A stretch of DNA of 63,786 bases, filler included, from Octopus bimaculoides (GCF_001194135.2; 10 parts of 10 records of this genome joined end to end with filler, not necessarily neighbours in it); one strand, 5' to 3'. Shown: positions 40,111 through 53,504, counted from the first letter of the whole stretch. The notes: generated from the letters alone by a model not told the origin. Numbers and translations are program-made.

Positions 40111-40758
40111 NNNNNNNNNNNNNNNNNNNNNNNNNNNNNNNNNNNNNNNNNNNNTTAATTAATTAANNNNNNNNNNNNNNNNNNNNNNNNNNNNNNNNNN
40201 NNNNNNNNNNTATATATATATATATTGAAATATAAAAGTTATGTTTATTTGTTTGTAAAATTTATAACTGTCCAGGGGATAAGCGACTTGGAATCTTGAG
40301 GAGAAAAATTTATAAAATTTGATCAATGCCATATCATTTCAATTCTTGTGATATTTCTTCAATCGACCGCTTGAAAAGTCATAATTATAAAAAATGAATT
40401 TTGAAACTTGTCTGAAAAAAACCTATCATTTCAGATCAATAATGAATTTGTTACTGCCTTTAAACATTTTAAAAAGTTTATCATTCAAACTGAGGCTTTA
40501 TATCTTACGTAAGTATAAACAGACGGAATGCTCATGATTGGAATCCTTTCGTACATAGGTTTGTTCGTTCGAGACTCACATTGGGTTAAACAACAGCAAC
40601 AACAACAATAAAAGCATTGAAAACAAAGCTGAGTGACAAATAATTTTCCTAAGATCCCGAATATGTGTAAGAGAGAGCTTAGAGTTGATAACTTATAAGC
40701 AAAATATAAACAAAAGAAGGGAGAAAGATACTGGTACACCAACTCTTGTATTATTCAC

Positions 40759-40824
40759 CAAACCAGTTGATTTTAGTCCTGAAAGTAGTAAAAACAGTAG
40801 GATATGCTTATACTTTCTGAGGAA
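40759..40824 (-). CDS. Candidate signal-peptide exon FLRKYKHILLFLLLSGLKSTGL
   Basis: Acceptor TGCCTGCTCTGTTCACAG, donor TG|GTGAAT; in frame with the M-D exon at 41126. Confidence 0.4.
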
Positions 40825-41125
40825 CTGTGAACAGAGCAGGCATTCTAGGCAACTACTGTTAGGCTTCAGCAAAGTAATTTGTTCAGGATGTGGTGGGCGA
40901 GATACAGTGGAGTGAATAAGACAGAAAGACAAGTGTATGAAACAAGTAGGATGAGTGGAGATGGTGGTTGAATAAAGCTCTTATAAAGTGGTAGAAAACA
41001 GAAAGAAAAGATAGTGTCAGGCTACGAAGTTATTGTGCAGAATACTCAGAGGTAGAGAACGTATACAATTATCCCTAATGCAAGATCCTGTATATAATTG
41101 GTTTATACATTTCCTTTCTACTTAC

Positions 41126-41265
41126 ATCCATCTTATATACCGTAAATCTGGGTGTTTTCCTCAAGACCCGACCAATAAATACCTGGCTAGTGATTTTAAT
41201 TATGATAGTAAATGCTACCAATAGAGCTGTTGGTAATGTTGGTATAACATTTAGAACTAGACCTA
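41126..41265 (-). CDS. Candidate exon ending AAG ATG GAT|GTAAGT
   Basis: Acceptor TTTTCACTGCAG and consensus donor. Either a UTR plus M-D exon or fully coding (xGLVLNVIPTLPTALLVAFTIII..FTVYKMD). Confidence 0.45.
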
Positions 41266-41909
41266 CTGCAGTGAAAATATTAATTACAAACCCATGCAAA
41301 GAATAAATTAGTTATGATTATTAGTATGCAATCTTAATAATTATTACAGTGAATATATTGACACATTTTGTTGAAAGGTAACCGAATATTTAAAATCATG
41401 AATGAACTTACGTATCCTTGAGGACTTTGAGAAAGTAAAAGAGAAACATTGTTTCTTCATTATTTTCCTACTCAAATAATGCTTCGGTAATTCCATGAAA
41501 ACCGAATCAGTTGCTGTGCTACAGATTAAATTGCGATTTCTGTAATGTTACTGATCTTTTTCTTCCCCCAGCAAATAATTCCTGACTCTATTTTAACTTG
41601 CAGTTAGTGATCTTTGATCTTCTTCATTTTTATTAAATCCAGAAGTGGGCAATTTTCTTAAATAGTTCTCATATTTGGAAGGATCTCAGCATTTAGTATC
41701 ATATTCATTCGGGAAAATTCAGTATTCTTGATCTAATCACATCATTTTACGAAACATAGTAGCTCCTGGTAGGACAGAGTTACAGCTATTTTGTAGTTAC
41801 GTGCACACGAAATTTGGGTAAATGTCTTCTATTATATCCTATGTGACCAATGTCATGTGAGATTTGTTTGGTAGATGAAAAGTGTGTAGAAAATTGGCTT
41901 ATGTATAAT

Positions 41910-42417
41910 AATAATTATTATTATCGCTTAACTTCTCAGAACGTTCGGTCTTGTTTGTTCTGGTAGATTTTGTGAGAGCGGACAGCAGCCTGCTGTCAGA
42001 GGTTTCACGGGGTATCTTTCTGCACATTATTAGCTTTGATACTTGGTTGTTAATTATCATGGGAGACATTCAATATCCAAGTGCCAATCTCAAAATCTTA
42101 GCAGTCCCCAACAGAGCAGTTTTTTAGGCTTGCTCTGCTCTCATGTTAATTCCGATTTTTTTTGACATATTTCTCGAAATTATACTTTCTTCATGGTTCA
42201 CTTTCTTGCAATTTCGTCTTTTAGTAGCCTGTACTTCTCAATCTTCACTAGTCCTTTGTCACTTATGCGTGCATCTCCAGGTATACGCAATATCTATGAT
42301 CTTAGTTTTTTGTTTTCCTTTATCTACTACAACAACATCTAGTCTCCGAGCTTCGATTATGGAGCCACAGTGGATTGTCAAATCCCACAGTATCTTATGT
42401 TCCTTGTTCTCGGTGAC
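41910..42417 (-). mobile_element. Second, more decayed R4/Dong-type LINE 3' end
   Basis: rc VTENKEHKILWDLTIHCGSIIEARRLDVVVVDK..IIDIA..IEKYRLLKDEI..TALLGTAKILR, with stops; (TAA) tail. Confidence 0.85.
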
Positions 42418-44839
42418 AAAGTGAAATTAAAGTGTTCATATGAGGAATTATAGAAGCAGCTTGCTCCAGAGAAAATAATGGATTATTAAAAAACAAACGG
42501 CATTATTGCGACATGTAAAACGTGTGCTTGCACACCCGACATGAATGAACACCTTAACTTCACTTTGTCATATTACTGCGGGCAATTACTCCGAAAGAAA
42601 TCTTTGCAGAAAGGTGAGTCGATTGATTAGATATTTCTTTCATTATGTTATCGCAGTTTTGTGAGATTTGGCTGTTATTTCTAGCATGTAAATAGACTGC
42701 TTGAAGGGCAAGGGCGTAGAATCGAGAGGGGAGGGGGTTGGGATAAGGTTTTTCTTTTTGAAAAATTTAAATTTTACAAACAATGTTTTGAGAATCATAA
42801 TCTCCGTATTNNNNNNNNNNNNNNNNNNNNNNNNNNNNNNNNNNNNNNNNNNNNNNNNNNNNNNNNNNNNNNNNNNNNNNNNNNNNNNNNNNNNNNNNNN
42901 NNNNNNNNNNNNNNNNNNNNNNNNNNNNNNNNNNNNNNNNNNNNNNNNNNNNNNNNNNNNNNNNNNNNNNNNNNNNNNNNNNNNNNNNNNNNNNNNNNNN
43001 NNNNNNNNNNNNNNNNNNNNNNNNNNNNNNNNNNNNNNNNNNNNNNNNNNNNNNNNNNNNNNNNNNNNNNNNNNNNNNNNNNNNNNNNNNNNNNNNNNNN
43101 NNNNNNNNNNNNNNNNNNNNNNNNNNNNNNNNNNNNNNNNNNNNNNNNNNNNNNNNNNNNNNNNNNNNNNNNNNNNNNNNNNNNNNNNNNNNNNNNNNNN
43201 NNNNNNNNNNNNNNNNNNNNNNNNNNNNNNNNNNNNNNNNNNNNNNNNNNNNNNNNNNNNNNNNNNNNNNNNNNNNNNNNNNNNNNNNNNNNNNNNNNNN
43301 NNNNNNNNNNNNNNNNNNNNNNNNNNNNNNNNNNNNNNNNNNNNNNNNNNNNNNNNNNNNNNNNNNNNNNNNNNNNNNNNNNNNNNNNNNNNNNNNNNNN
43401 NNNNNNNNNNNNNNNNNNNNNNNNNNNNNNNNNNNNNNNNNNNNNNNNNNNNNNNNNNNNNNNNNNNNNNNNNNNNNNNNNNNNNNNNNNNNNNNNNNNN
43501 NNNNNNNNNNNNNNNNNNNNNNNNNNNNNNNNNNNNNNNNNNNNNNNNNNNNNNNNNNNNNNNNNNNNNNNNNNNNNNNNNNNNNNNNNNNNNNNNNNNN
43601 NNNNNNNNNNNNNNNNNNNNNNNNNNNNNNNNNNNNNNNNNNNNNNNNNNNNNNNNNNNNNNNNNNNNNNNNNNNNNNNNNNNNNNNNNNNNNNNNNNNN
43701 NNNNNNNNNNNNNNNNNNNNNNNNNNNNNNNNNNNNNNNNNNNNNNNNNNNNNNNATTAAACTAAACTTTAAAATAAACACTCATGTAACACGGCATAGT
43801 AGTCCATTTACCCATCTCCTAGGAACTCGTCGTACAAATAAAAATATAAACGGGACCCCTAGCCAATACAAAACCCACAACCACAAACATTTTCAGTTCT
43901 CCAAACAGAAGAACTCTTTTTTAACTATAATGAATGTAGCAAAAGGGTTACAAAAGAATATTCTAGCCATCACACAACGCCACCCTCCATCACCACCCTA
44001 TTGCACAAACTCCCATTGTTGCCATTAACAAGCGAATCACCAAAACAGTCAAAATCAGCTACCGGATCTCAGTTTGGCCACCAGCATCGATTCTGTTCGA
44101 ATTGATTTCATTCTCAGTGTAATGATACACTTTTAGTAGCTAATGAATAACGTGAAAATCATTTTCGCAATAAATCAATAAATAAAGAGTTATTAGCAAT
44201 CAAAGATTGAAAATTTTGATAATTTTAGCCAATCGTAAGCCACAGACACATTCATGCCTGTTTCCATAATAAAAAGCAGAACATGAGAAATATTTTGTCT
44301 GCGAGAAAGCACGTGTTGACAAATATATTGAAATCACTTGTTTTACTTATCTGTTGACAATTGAGCATGTGAATTTATGTAGAGTAAGAGATGTGAAAAT
44401 GGTGATTTGTTCGAGAAATTGATTGAATGCATTTTTAACTTTCATTTTCAAAGAACTGGTCAACAAAACGTTTGTTTTTTAAACATATTTAAATTGTAAT
44501 GTGCTATTTTGTTTTTAGATAAATCTCTTAAGTTAGTGTTATCGCATTAGATACATATTGAATGCTTAAAACTACAAAAGACGTGTTGTTTACTCTTTCT
44601 TTTTTTTTTTGTTAACCCGAAAGATGGTACCCATACTCAACAAGATGGTACCCACTACTGTTGGATAGGCCTAGGAAGCTGCACCGCTTCCTGTCGGTCT
44701 TGACACATTTCCTGTGTCCTTATGTTTACAAGGGGGAGACAAGCACCTCCACTCAGCTAAGCCTGCATCCAAAGACATGTTTCTGAGTCTTTGCTCGTCA
44801 TCAGTCTGGAGTAGCATGACCTGCTAGTCGAAGATGCCT

Positions 44840-46643
44840 CTGCTTGATGAGCACAACGCTCTACATGATGATGCAAAATCAATGTGCAAGATACTGCTCT
44901 GTTTTCAGTAACCCTGATGCGGTTGATCTGGCTAGTATCAGTGAAGTACACCCCCAACTAACTATATCTGACATAACTTTTGGTGCTCTTGATAGCCTAA
45001 CAGAAATAAATAAGATCAAACACATCTCGGCAGTAGGTCCCGATAGGTTCGTGGCCACTATCCTGAAGATATGGTAACATCAAACTGGACCCCCTATAGC
45101 TGAACTCTGGAGGAACTCACATGAAGCAGGCTATATTCCTGGTCATTTTCTTTTCCAGTCTGTCGTTCCAGTTTTCAAAAAGGGCAACAAATCTCTTGCA
45201 GCGAACTACCGTCTGACTTCACTCCATTAAAGTGTTTGAGAGGGTGGTGAGATCGTGAACAACCCACTTCTTCGAAGATAACAATCTGCTGAACCTCAAC
45301 CAGCATGGTTTCTGTGATGGCAGGGACTGCCTGTTGCAGCTTCTGCACCATTTTGATAACATTTTAAAAGCTCTGGAAGAAGGCTCCAACACTGCTGCCA
45401 TATACGTTGATTTCGGCAAGGCATTTGACAGAGTGGACCACAAAATCCTGCTGAAGAAACTGTCCAGCATTGGAGTTCGTGAAAAGCTGCTGCAGTGGAT
45501 AAAGTGTTTTCTAACGAGCCGAACCCAACATGTTGTGGTTGAGAGAATCTGATCAACCTCAGCCAAAGCCTGCAGTAGTGTCCCACAAGGTACTGTGTTG
45601 GGCCCACTCCTCTTCATTATCTACATCAATAACATAGTAGACATCATCAAACACTGTACACTAAAAATCTTTGCAGATGATTCCAAGATCCAGAAGACCA
45701 TAAACGGTATGGGAGACCGAACATGCCTTCTGTTGGATCTGTTTGCTGCTGTCCAATGGGCGGAAAGGAAAAAAATATGCTTCTAAATGAAGACAAGTCT
45801 AATTTGGTCCACCTTAGAAAAGAGGATACTCTGAAACTTCGTTCCATATGCCCTTCCCTCGGGCGTTTTTTCTAGTGTCATCCAAGAACACCAGAGACTT
45901 TGGAGTAATTGTTGACAACAATCTAAGCTGGAATTTCCCACGTAAACAGTAAGGTTGATTTGGCCCGCAAGATGCACTCCTGGATTCTGAGAACTTTCTG
46001 GTCTAAAGATGCTCACACCATCATCCTTCTCTACTCTACTTTTGCCCAGCCCCACCTTGAATACTGTTGCCTACTGTGGTCTCACACGAAGCAAACCATT
46101 ATGAAAGTGGAAGCACTCCAGAGGTCAATAACAAGAAAGATAGACGGCATGACAAGATTTGACTACTGGGTCGACTAAAAACTCAATCTCTACTCTCTCT
46201 AACGCCGCCATAAGCGCTACATCATTTGTGTGATGTGGAAATATTCCATCAATATTTCATAAATGATGTTGGCATCAATTTTAAAATCCACCCAAGACTT
46301 GGTCCCCGTGCTCACCGCCCACTACCAAAATCGAACTCAAGACACATAACATTACTACACAACTATTTTACCTCAACCGGTACAGCTCTCTTTAATATTA
46401 TACCAAAATACATCAAAACAGAAACAGATCCCATAAGATTTTAAAGTTCTCTGAACACATTTCTCCAAACAATCCCGGGCGAAACTCCTAACCCCGGATA
46501 AACAATAAAAACTCTTTGCTAGAGTAGGACATGGTGTAATATATATGATTGAGGTGTGAATCACGGTCTAAAAGACTTCACCAGTTGGTGCGATTAAGTT
46601 AGGCATAGCCTGGGCCTATACTGGCCGAAACCTATCAAAGTTA
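44840..46643 (+). mobile_element. CR1/L2-group LINE, decayed RT domain and 3' end
   Basis: NQHGF..RDCLLQLLHHFD..IYVDFGKAFDRVDH..WIKCFLTSRTQHVV..VPQGTVLGPLLFIIYIN..IFADDSK..PHLEYCC; stops and frameshifts. Confidence 0.92.
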
Positions 46644-46950
46644 TTATATTGTTAATTCTAACAGCGGCAAGCAAGGATTCACTTTGCTGTTTGATGTACC
46701 ATCCCAGATTATTCTCGTTGACAGCACAGATTTTGCATCCTATGAGACCTCTTCCACCCCTATTTCTAGGCACATATAGTCTGTCAGTATCGCCTTTTGG
46801 GTGTAGTTCCTTGTTAACTGTCATCACTTTTCTAATTTTCCTGGCCATTTCCTCAAGCCCGTTCTTTGTCCATCTAACAACACCTGTGCCGTATCGCATT
46901 AAGAAATCTGCCCATGTGTTCTTTGCCCTGATTTTGTTTTTTCTATTGAG
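46644..46950 (-). mobile_element. R4/Dong-type LINE post-RT fragment
   Basis: RYGTGVVRWTKNGLEEMARKIRKVMT..LHPKGDTDRLYVPRNRGGRGLI. Confidence 0.88.
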
Positions 46951-47052
46951 TCNNNNNNNNNNNNNNNNNNNNNNNNNNNNNNNNNNNNNNNNNNNNTTAA
47001 TTAATTAANNNNNNNNNNNNNNNNNNNNNNNNNNNNNNNNNNNNNNNNNNNN

Positions 47053-47114
47053 TAACCCTAACCCTAACCCTAACCGTAGGGTTAGGGTTAGAGTTAGGGT
47101 TAGGGTTAGGGTTA
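47053..47114. repeat. Telomere-type repeats (CCCTAA)n followed by (TTAGGG)n
   Basis: TAACCCTAACCCTAACCCTAACCGTAGGGTTAGGGTTAGAGTTAGGGTTAGGGTTAGGGTTA. Confidence 0.85.
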
Positions 47115-49014
47115 ATTGTTTCAGAATCGTTTGTTTATGTAGTCGGCACTTAATGTATATCGGCTGAATGGACGTCAGTGATTGGTTGAAATTACAGAAA
47201 TACGACAACTTTAACATGGAATAATTTATGGATTTCTTTTTTTTTTAAGAAGACTAAGAGAAAAAGATGTTTTATATGACACATTCTACCAGTGTTCCAA
47301 GTTTCAAAGTGTTTCATTAATGAAAAATGTGGCCCCCGTTTTAAAAAAGATCCCAAATAGAAATTGATAAAATAAATACTGGACTAAAATAATTACTGGG
47401 ATTGATGTGCCTGACTAAAAGCCTCGGGCTGCATTCCAATGATTGAAGCCAGTAAAAGAACCAAATGGTTCACTTGTGACAGATTTCAATGTTGTTTACG
47501 AAATACTAAGAACTTTCCAATGGAATTTGTTTGTAAAACATAAAATTAAACATAATAAAATGCGATAAAACATGATAAAACATTTAAGATTAAAGTTAAA
47601 ACTCTGCTGAAGTTAAAACAGTCTTGCGGTTATTGAGGAAAAACAGGATATCTCCCTGGTATAGAGGCTGGTGCCATGTTTAATTGCAGTCAAAAGATTA
47701 ATGGCATGATGCATTGATAAACAAACTATGGAATCTAAATTATTTCTTTATTTTGGGATTGGTGAATCGGACGAAGAAGGGGACTAGTCATACAACCGAA
47801 TAAATTTCATTGAGGTATCTGGTGGGGCGGGGATGTTAACGATCGTGTTAACTGGACAATTTCAAGATGTGTCCATTTCCTTTTGATTTTTCTTCTGAAC
47901 AAATTCATCGCTGACAGTTTTGCCCTGGGGTTGATGTTATGACCCAGCACTAACATAACTAGAGTGTGCTCCACCCAGGGTGGCCATTCCATTTGCTGTC
48001 CCCCAGACCTCACAAAAAGCACATGTTGCCTACTGCAGACCCAAAAGTGCCGCTTGGGAGCGGACCCCCCCCCCCAACTCCAGCTATGCTAGTGTCGACT
48101 AGTATCCTCTCCTAAAATTTCAGGCCTCATGCTTTTTGCAAAACGGATTGCTATTAAACTAAATAATGCACTACAACTGCGCTACTGTTGCAGTACATTC
48201 TTCGACTTCCTGAAAAGCCAGACTCCAATTCTGAACCACTTTGCAGCCTTCTCTCTCTTCATAAATATATATACATATATATATATGTATATATATACTC
48301 AAGTACCCAAAATATCAAAGAGTTTCTACCTCATAAACAAGAGTTACACCACAGTCATTTTGTGATCTTTGCTACCCTGGTATCTATTAACTAATTTGTG
48401 TTCGAGTTATTTATTAACTAGGAGAAAATAAATGCATATANNNNNNNNNNNNNNNNNNNNNNNNNNNNNNNNNNNNNNNNNNNNNNNNNNNNNNNNNNNN
48501 NNNNNNNNNNNNNNNNNNNNNNNNNNNNNNNNNNNNNNNNNNNNNNNNNNNNNNNNNNNNNNNNNNNNNNNNNNNNNNNNNNNNNNNNNNNNNNNNNNNN
48601 NNNNNNNNNNNNNNNNNNNNNNNNNNNNNNNNNNNNNNNNNNNNNNNNNNNNNNNNNNNNNNNNNNNNNNNNNNNNNNNNNNNNNNNNNNNNNNNNNNNN
48701 NNNNNNNNNNNNNNNNNNNNNNNNNNNNNNNNNNNNNNNNNNNNNNNNNNNNNNNNNNNNNNNNNNNNNNNNNNNNNNNNNNNNNNNNNNNNNNNNNNNN
48801 NNNNNNNNNNNNNNNNNNNNNNNNNNNNNNNNNNNNNNNNNNNNNNNNNNNNNNNNNNNNNNNNNNNNNNNNNNNNNNNNNNNNNNNNNNNNNNNNNNAA
48901 CAAGTAAAAGAGTAAAAGAGTATATATATATATATATATATCTAAAGATATACACACTCGCACGTATTAGCTGCATTAGTAAACCACATTACAATCACAC
49001 ATATATATGTGTGC

Positions 49015-49055
<41 letters not shown>

Positions 49056-49452
49056 GATACATACACACACTTGTTCTGTTAGTTTATGCTCCATAAACCA
49101 CATCAATAGAAGCACGTTAACATTTTCTCACAGTGTAGACCTATTTAGATAAGCAGTAAAATGGAGCTGGCTTTACGACACTTTGCTTAACTTAAATGGC
49201 AAATGCTTGTTGCTTATCAAAATCTCAACTTGGAAAGTGTAAAGTTTCACCAGAGATTCCAATTCGGTTTGCAGTAAGGCCTCAAGTTTTCAGTCTGAAA
49301 ATCTGATCATGGATACAATCTGAACTAGTTGAGATAGTAATTTGAGATGTATTTATGGGATTTATTTTATTTTATTTATGTAGAAATTATTACATTTGCA
49401 AACGACTCTTTTACCGTTTTTGTCGGTAACAAACATGGAGAGAAGTCTGAGT

Positions 49453-49484
<32 letters not shown>

Positions 49485-49603
49485 GTGATAAATGAGAAGC
49501 AAAAGAACAACAACAACAACAACACCAACCAGAGATACACAAATAAAACAATGTTTTCTCTGTTAAGCATCACTTTATCATTTTTCCTTTTCTTTGTCTC
49601 TAG

Positions 49604-49623
49604 AATGGATCCGGCAGTATATG
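49604..49623 (+). CDS. Candidate 20-nt micro-exon (xMDPAVY) upstream of the EFHC1-like exon
   Basis: Acceptor TTTTTCCTTTTCTTTGTCTCTAG, donor G|GTAACC. Confidence 0.4.
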
Positions 49624-49914
49624 GTAACCAGAACTTTTAAAAGAGCAATGTAACCACCGTAAAAAAGCTGTTCGGGAATAGAATCAAATATTTATGAAAC
49701 AGCTTCATTTTTTTTTTTTGTTTTTGTTTGAGGATGGGCATCATCATCATCATCATCATCATCATAGAAATGGACATTAAATGGTGGTGGCGGCAGTGGT
49801 GGTTCTGTCTGTCTTTCCTTTCTTTCTCTCTCTCTCTCTTTTTTTTACTTGTTCCATTCACTGGACTGCAAAGGATTTAGTCAAACAAATAGACCCCAGT
49901 TATCATCATCATCA

Positions 49915-50145
49915 TCATCATCATCATCGTTTAATGTTTGTTTTCCATGCTGGCATGGGTTGGACGATTTGACTGAGGTCTGGAAAGCTAGCGGCTGCAC
50001 CAGGTTCCAGTCTGATCTGGCAAGCTTTCTACAGTTGGATGCCCTTCCTAACGCCAACCACTCCGAGAGTGTAGTGGGTGCTGTTTATGTGCCACCGGCA
50101 CGAGAGCCAGTCAGGGGGGTCCTGGCATCGACCATGTTCAGATGG
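49915..50145 (-). mobile_element. RTE-type LINE/SINE 3' tail
   Basis: rc GTGGTTGGCGTTAGGAAGGGCATCCAACTGTAGAAA..GCATGGAAAA..TTAAACGATGATG(ATG)n, a typical RTE 3' end. Confidence 0.8.
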
Positions 50146-50149
50146 TGGC

Positions 50150-50567
50150 TTTCTTTTTTATTCTTTTACTCTTTTATTTGTTTCAGTCGTTTTGGCTGTG
50201 GTCATGCTGGAGCATGGTCTTTTAGTCGAAGAAGTCGACCCCAGGACTTATTCTTTGTAAGCCTGGTACTTATTCTATCGGTCCCTTTTGCCGAACTGCT
50301 AGGTTACGGGGATGTAAGTAAACACACCAACGTCAGTTGTCAAGTGATGGAGGGGTGACAAACAGACACAAACACACACATACATAAATATATATATATA
50401 CATATATATGACAGGCTTCTTTCAGTTTTCGTCGACCAAATCCACTCACAAGGCTTTGGCCAGCCCTAGGATATAATAGAAGACACTTGCCCAAGGTGCC
50501 ACACAGTGGGACTGAACCCAGAACCATGTGGTCCTGAAGCAATCTTCTCACCACACAACCACGCCTT
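50150..50567 (-). mobile_element. Full-length S2 SINE (tRNA head plus CORE-like CCTTGGGCAAGTGTCTT)
   Basis: rc head ..GTGGTTGTGTGGTGAGAAG..CACATGGTTCTGGGTTCAGTCCCACTGTGTGGCACCTTGGGCAAG. Confidence 0.9.
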
Positions 50568-51103
50568 TGCTTATATCAAAAATATTTTAAATCTAAGAAA
50601 AATTTTTTAAGAATTTTAAGAAATTTCTTTATTTTAAAAAAATTGTTTTTTATCAGAGACTGATTGGAGTCGAGAGATTTCCAACTTCAGTACTTTTATG
50701 GGAGTGTATATAAATGCATTCCTTTATATTTGAAGTGTATTTATTATTAGAATTATTCAATACATGTACTAAAGAACGTTTAGTCATTTATGAGTAGTTT
50801 TCAGTGAGAGGAAGTAATAGTCATAATGTCCTTTACTTGATGGTCAGCTGTAATGACCAGTCACCGCTGACCATCATCTCCTGGCTTTCAGCTCATCTCC
50901 TACTCGTTCTAGAGCCAGCAAAATGATCTTTGTCCAGCCTCATCCTACATCTCATTAGCTGTCTTCTTGTCCCTTCCTGGCACTCCCAGACATCTTCCCA
51001 CTGCAACCAATCTCAACTGAGAATAGCCAGATCTTCCAACAGAATACAGGCATTGAAAGGATTAAATGGTAACTGAATGAATGCAATGCCATTCTTAAAC
51101 TCT

Positions 51104-51632
51104 TTCACCACAACTTTATCTCACTCTCTCTTCCTGTTTCTGTTGTGCCTGTAATTCAAAGGGTCAGCCTTGTCACACTCCGTGTCACGCTGAATATCCC
51201 CGAGAACTACGTTAAGGGTACACGTGTCTGTGGAGTGCTCAGCCACTTGCACGTTTGTGGAGGCGCAATGGCCCAGTGGTTAGGGCAGCGGACTCGTGGT
51301 CATAGGATCGCAGTTTCGATTCCCAGACCGGGCGTTGTGAGTGTTGATTGAGTGAAAACACCTAAAAAGCTCCACGAGGCTCCGGCAGGGGATGGTGGCG
51401 AACCCTGCTGTANNNNNNNNNNATCTCACTCTCTCTTCCTGTTTCTGTTGTGCCTGTAATTCAAAGGGTCAGCCTTGTCACACTGTGTCACGCTGAATAT
51501 CCCCAAGAACTACGTTCAGGGCACACGTGTCTGTGGAGTGCTCAGCCACTTGCACGTTAATTTCACAAGCAGGCTGTTCCGTTGATCGGATCAACTGGAG
51601 CCCTCGACGTCGTAAGCGACGGAGTGCCAACA
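51104..51632 (+). mobile_element. Tandem chimeric SINE: S3 head with X tail (AAAGGGTCAGCCTTGTCACAC..GATCAACTGG)
   Basis: Truncated tail 51104-51255, head at 51258, second tail 51423-51632; the two tails differ at several bases. Confidence 0.85.
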
Positions 51633-51688
51633 ACATACTCAGTGCAGGATTTACCACCTGGGTATAATCCATCCCTACCCTATTGTAG

Positions 51689-51722
51689 ATGTCCAGAATT
51701 TACCTGAGTTAATAAGCTTCAA
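51689..51722 (+). CDS. Candidate 34-nt micro-exon (xVQNLPELISFx)
   Basis: Acceptor CCCTACCCTATTGTAG, donor AA|GTAAGA; only one frame is open and its phase 2 end fits exon 56397. Confidence 0.45.
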
Positions 51723-53054
51723 GTAAGAAATAATGTCTTCTCTTTCATTCAAGGACAGAATTTTGTTTAGAAATTCCATCTTTAAACTTTATCTTGTTGT
51801 TGTTGTTGATGATGACCTGATATTTGAGGAATCTTCTCATGACCCGATTTTATTCACATACAATGACATCAACATTCCTGAAAACTTTCATCTTGTTGGG
51901 ACAGGTTTTTCTTTTTTTTTTTTTAATTAATTGCTTGTTCGTTTTTTTTTTCTTTGAACGAGGTAATGGGTGGGGGGTAGGGTAGTGGATAATGGTGGAG
52001 GTGTGGTAGTGATGGTGGTGATGGTGAATAATAATGATGAAGGTGTTGGTGGTGGTAGTGGATAATGGTGGAGGTGGTGTTGGTGGATGGAGGCATTGTC
52101 TGTGGTAGTGATGGTGGTGGTGGTGGTGGTGGATAATGTTAGTGTGGTGGTGGTGGTGGTAGATAATGTTAGTGTGGTGGTGGTGGTGGTGGTAATAAAA
52201 TTTCTGTCAAGTGTCTGTTTCCGATTTCTTGTGTTTTAATCTAATTCTAAATAGTTTTTAATTTCCCCCCCATCCACCTCACCCACCCGCCTTCCTTGAT
52301 GTCTGTGACCAAGGATTATAAGTTATTTAGACACACCCGGGGTATCGATTGGAATTTAGTGAGGGGCAGGAGTCAGTGTGACAGGGAATGGGGGTAGGAA
52401 ATAGGGGCAACATGCACTGACTGCCACACTGCAGCCCATACGAACACATCACACCACACTATTGTCCATACTATATTTGATGCTGTCACACTGCAGTTCA
52501 CACCTCCACATGGCAGCATACACTGACATACTACAGCCCACACTATATTCACTCCTGCTACACTATGGCTCACGCATCTACACTACTTCTGTACTACAGC
52601 CCACACACTTGTGTATTTTAGTGATAGGTTTATGGCTGAATGTATTTGTGTAACCAAATCTTTTGGTTGATCCAAGTCTCGTGAGTGAAATTTGCAGAAA
52701 TGGAAACTATGTGGAATCCCATTGGTTGTATCTGTATGAAATGGTGGAGGTGAAGGGGAAAGACTGTCTTGTTTTCAATTTCGGTATAAGTACAACTTGG
52801 AGTGCATTTTTCAATGTGTACTTCCTCTTTTTTAGACATTAGGGTGTGTAATATGAAAGGCATTTGTCTCCTGTATTTAACAAGTCAAATAAGGATTGTA
52901 GAGGTGNNNNNNNNNNNNNNNNNNNNNNNNNNNNNNNNNNNNNNNNNNNNTTAATTAATTAANNNNNNNNNNNNNNNNNNNNNNNNNNNNNNNNNNNNNN
53001 NNNNNNTACATCTCTCTTTCTCTCATTCTCTCTTTCTCTCTTTCTCTCTCTCTG

Positions 53055-53397
53055 AAAGTATCTGTCATTACAGTATCGAAATGTAATTGTTTCAGTTAGT
53101 GGAATAGTTTCATTTTTAAAGTGAAAGTATTTGGCATGAGTGTTTTTGTTTCACTTTTGACACGTAATACTTAAATAGTGGCGGAGATATTATGTTGCTG
53201 TGGGCTCGAACTCTGCAAGAAGTTAAAATTTTTTTTGACTAAAACACAACTGGAACCCTAAGTAAGGCATGTGTAAAATTTGAATGAAATTGGTTGCGTA
53301 GTTCTCGAGTTTTAGGGATTCACACAGACAGACAGACAGTCAGACAGACAGTCAGACAGACAGACAAACATTCTCATTTTTATATATATAGATAGAT
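53055..53397 (-). mobile_element. Helitron/DINE-1-like non-autonomous element
   Basis: Terminus rc ATCTATATATATAAAAATG followed by a (GTCT)n tract; internal segment shared with 13190-13260. Confidence 0.65.
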
Positions 53398-53504
53398 ATC
53401 AACTTTTTTTACTATTCTTCTCTGGTTTATCTTTTTCTCTTAAAGCATGTAAACATATTACACCTGCCTACTTATGAATTTTAGCATTGCATACAATTAA
53501 AGCA

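Noticed and set aside
51753-51905. ORF DDDLIFEESSHDPILFTYND.. as an extra EFHC1 exon
   Set aside because: No EFHC1 similarity, and the intron from 51722 would be only about 50 nt
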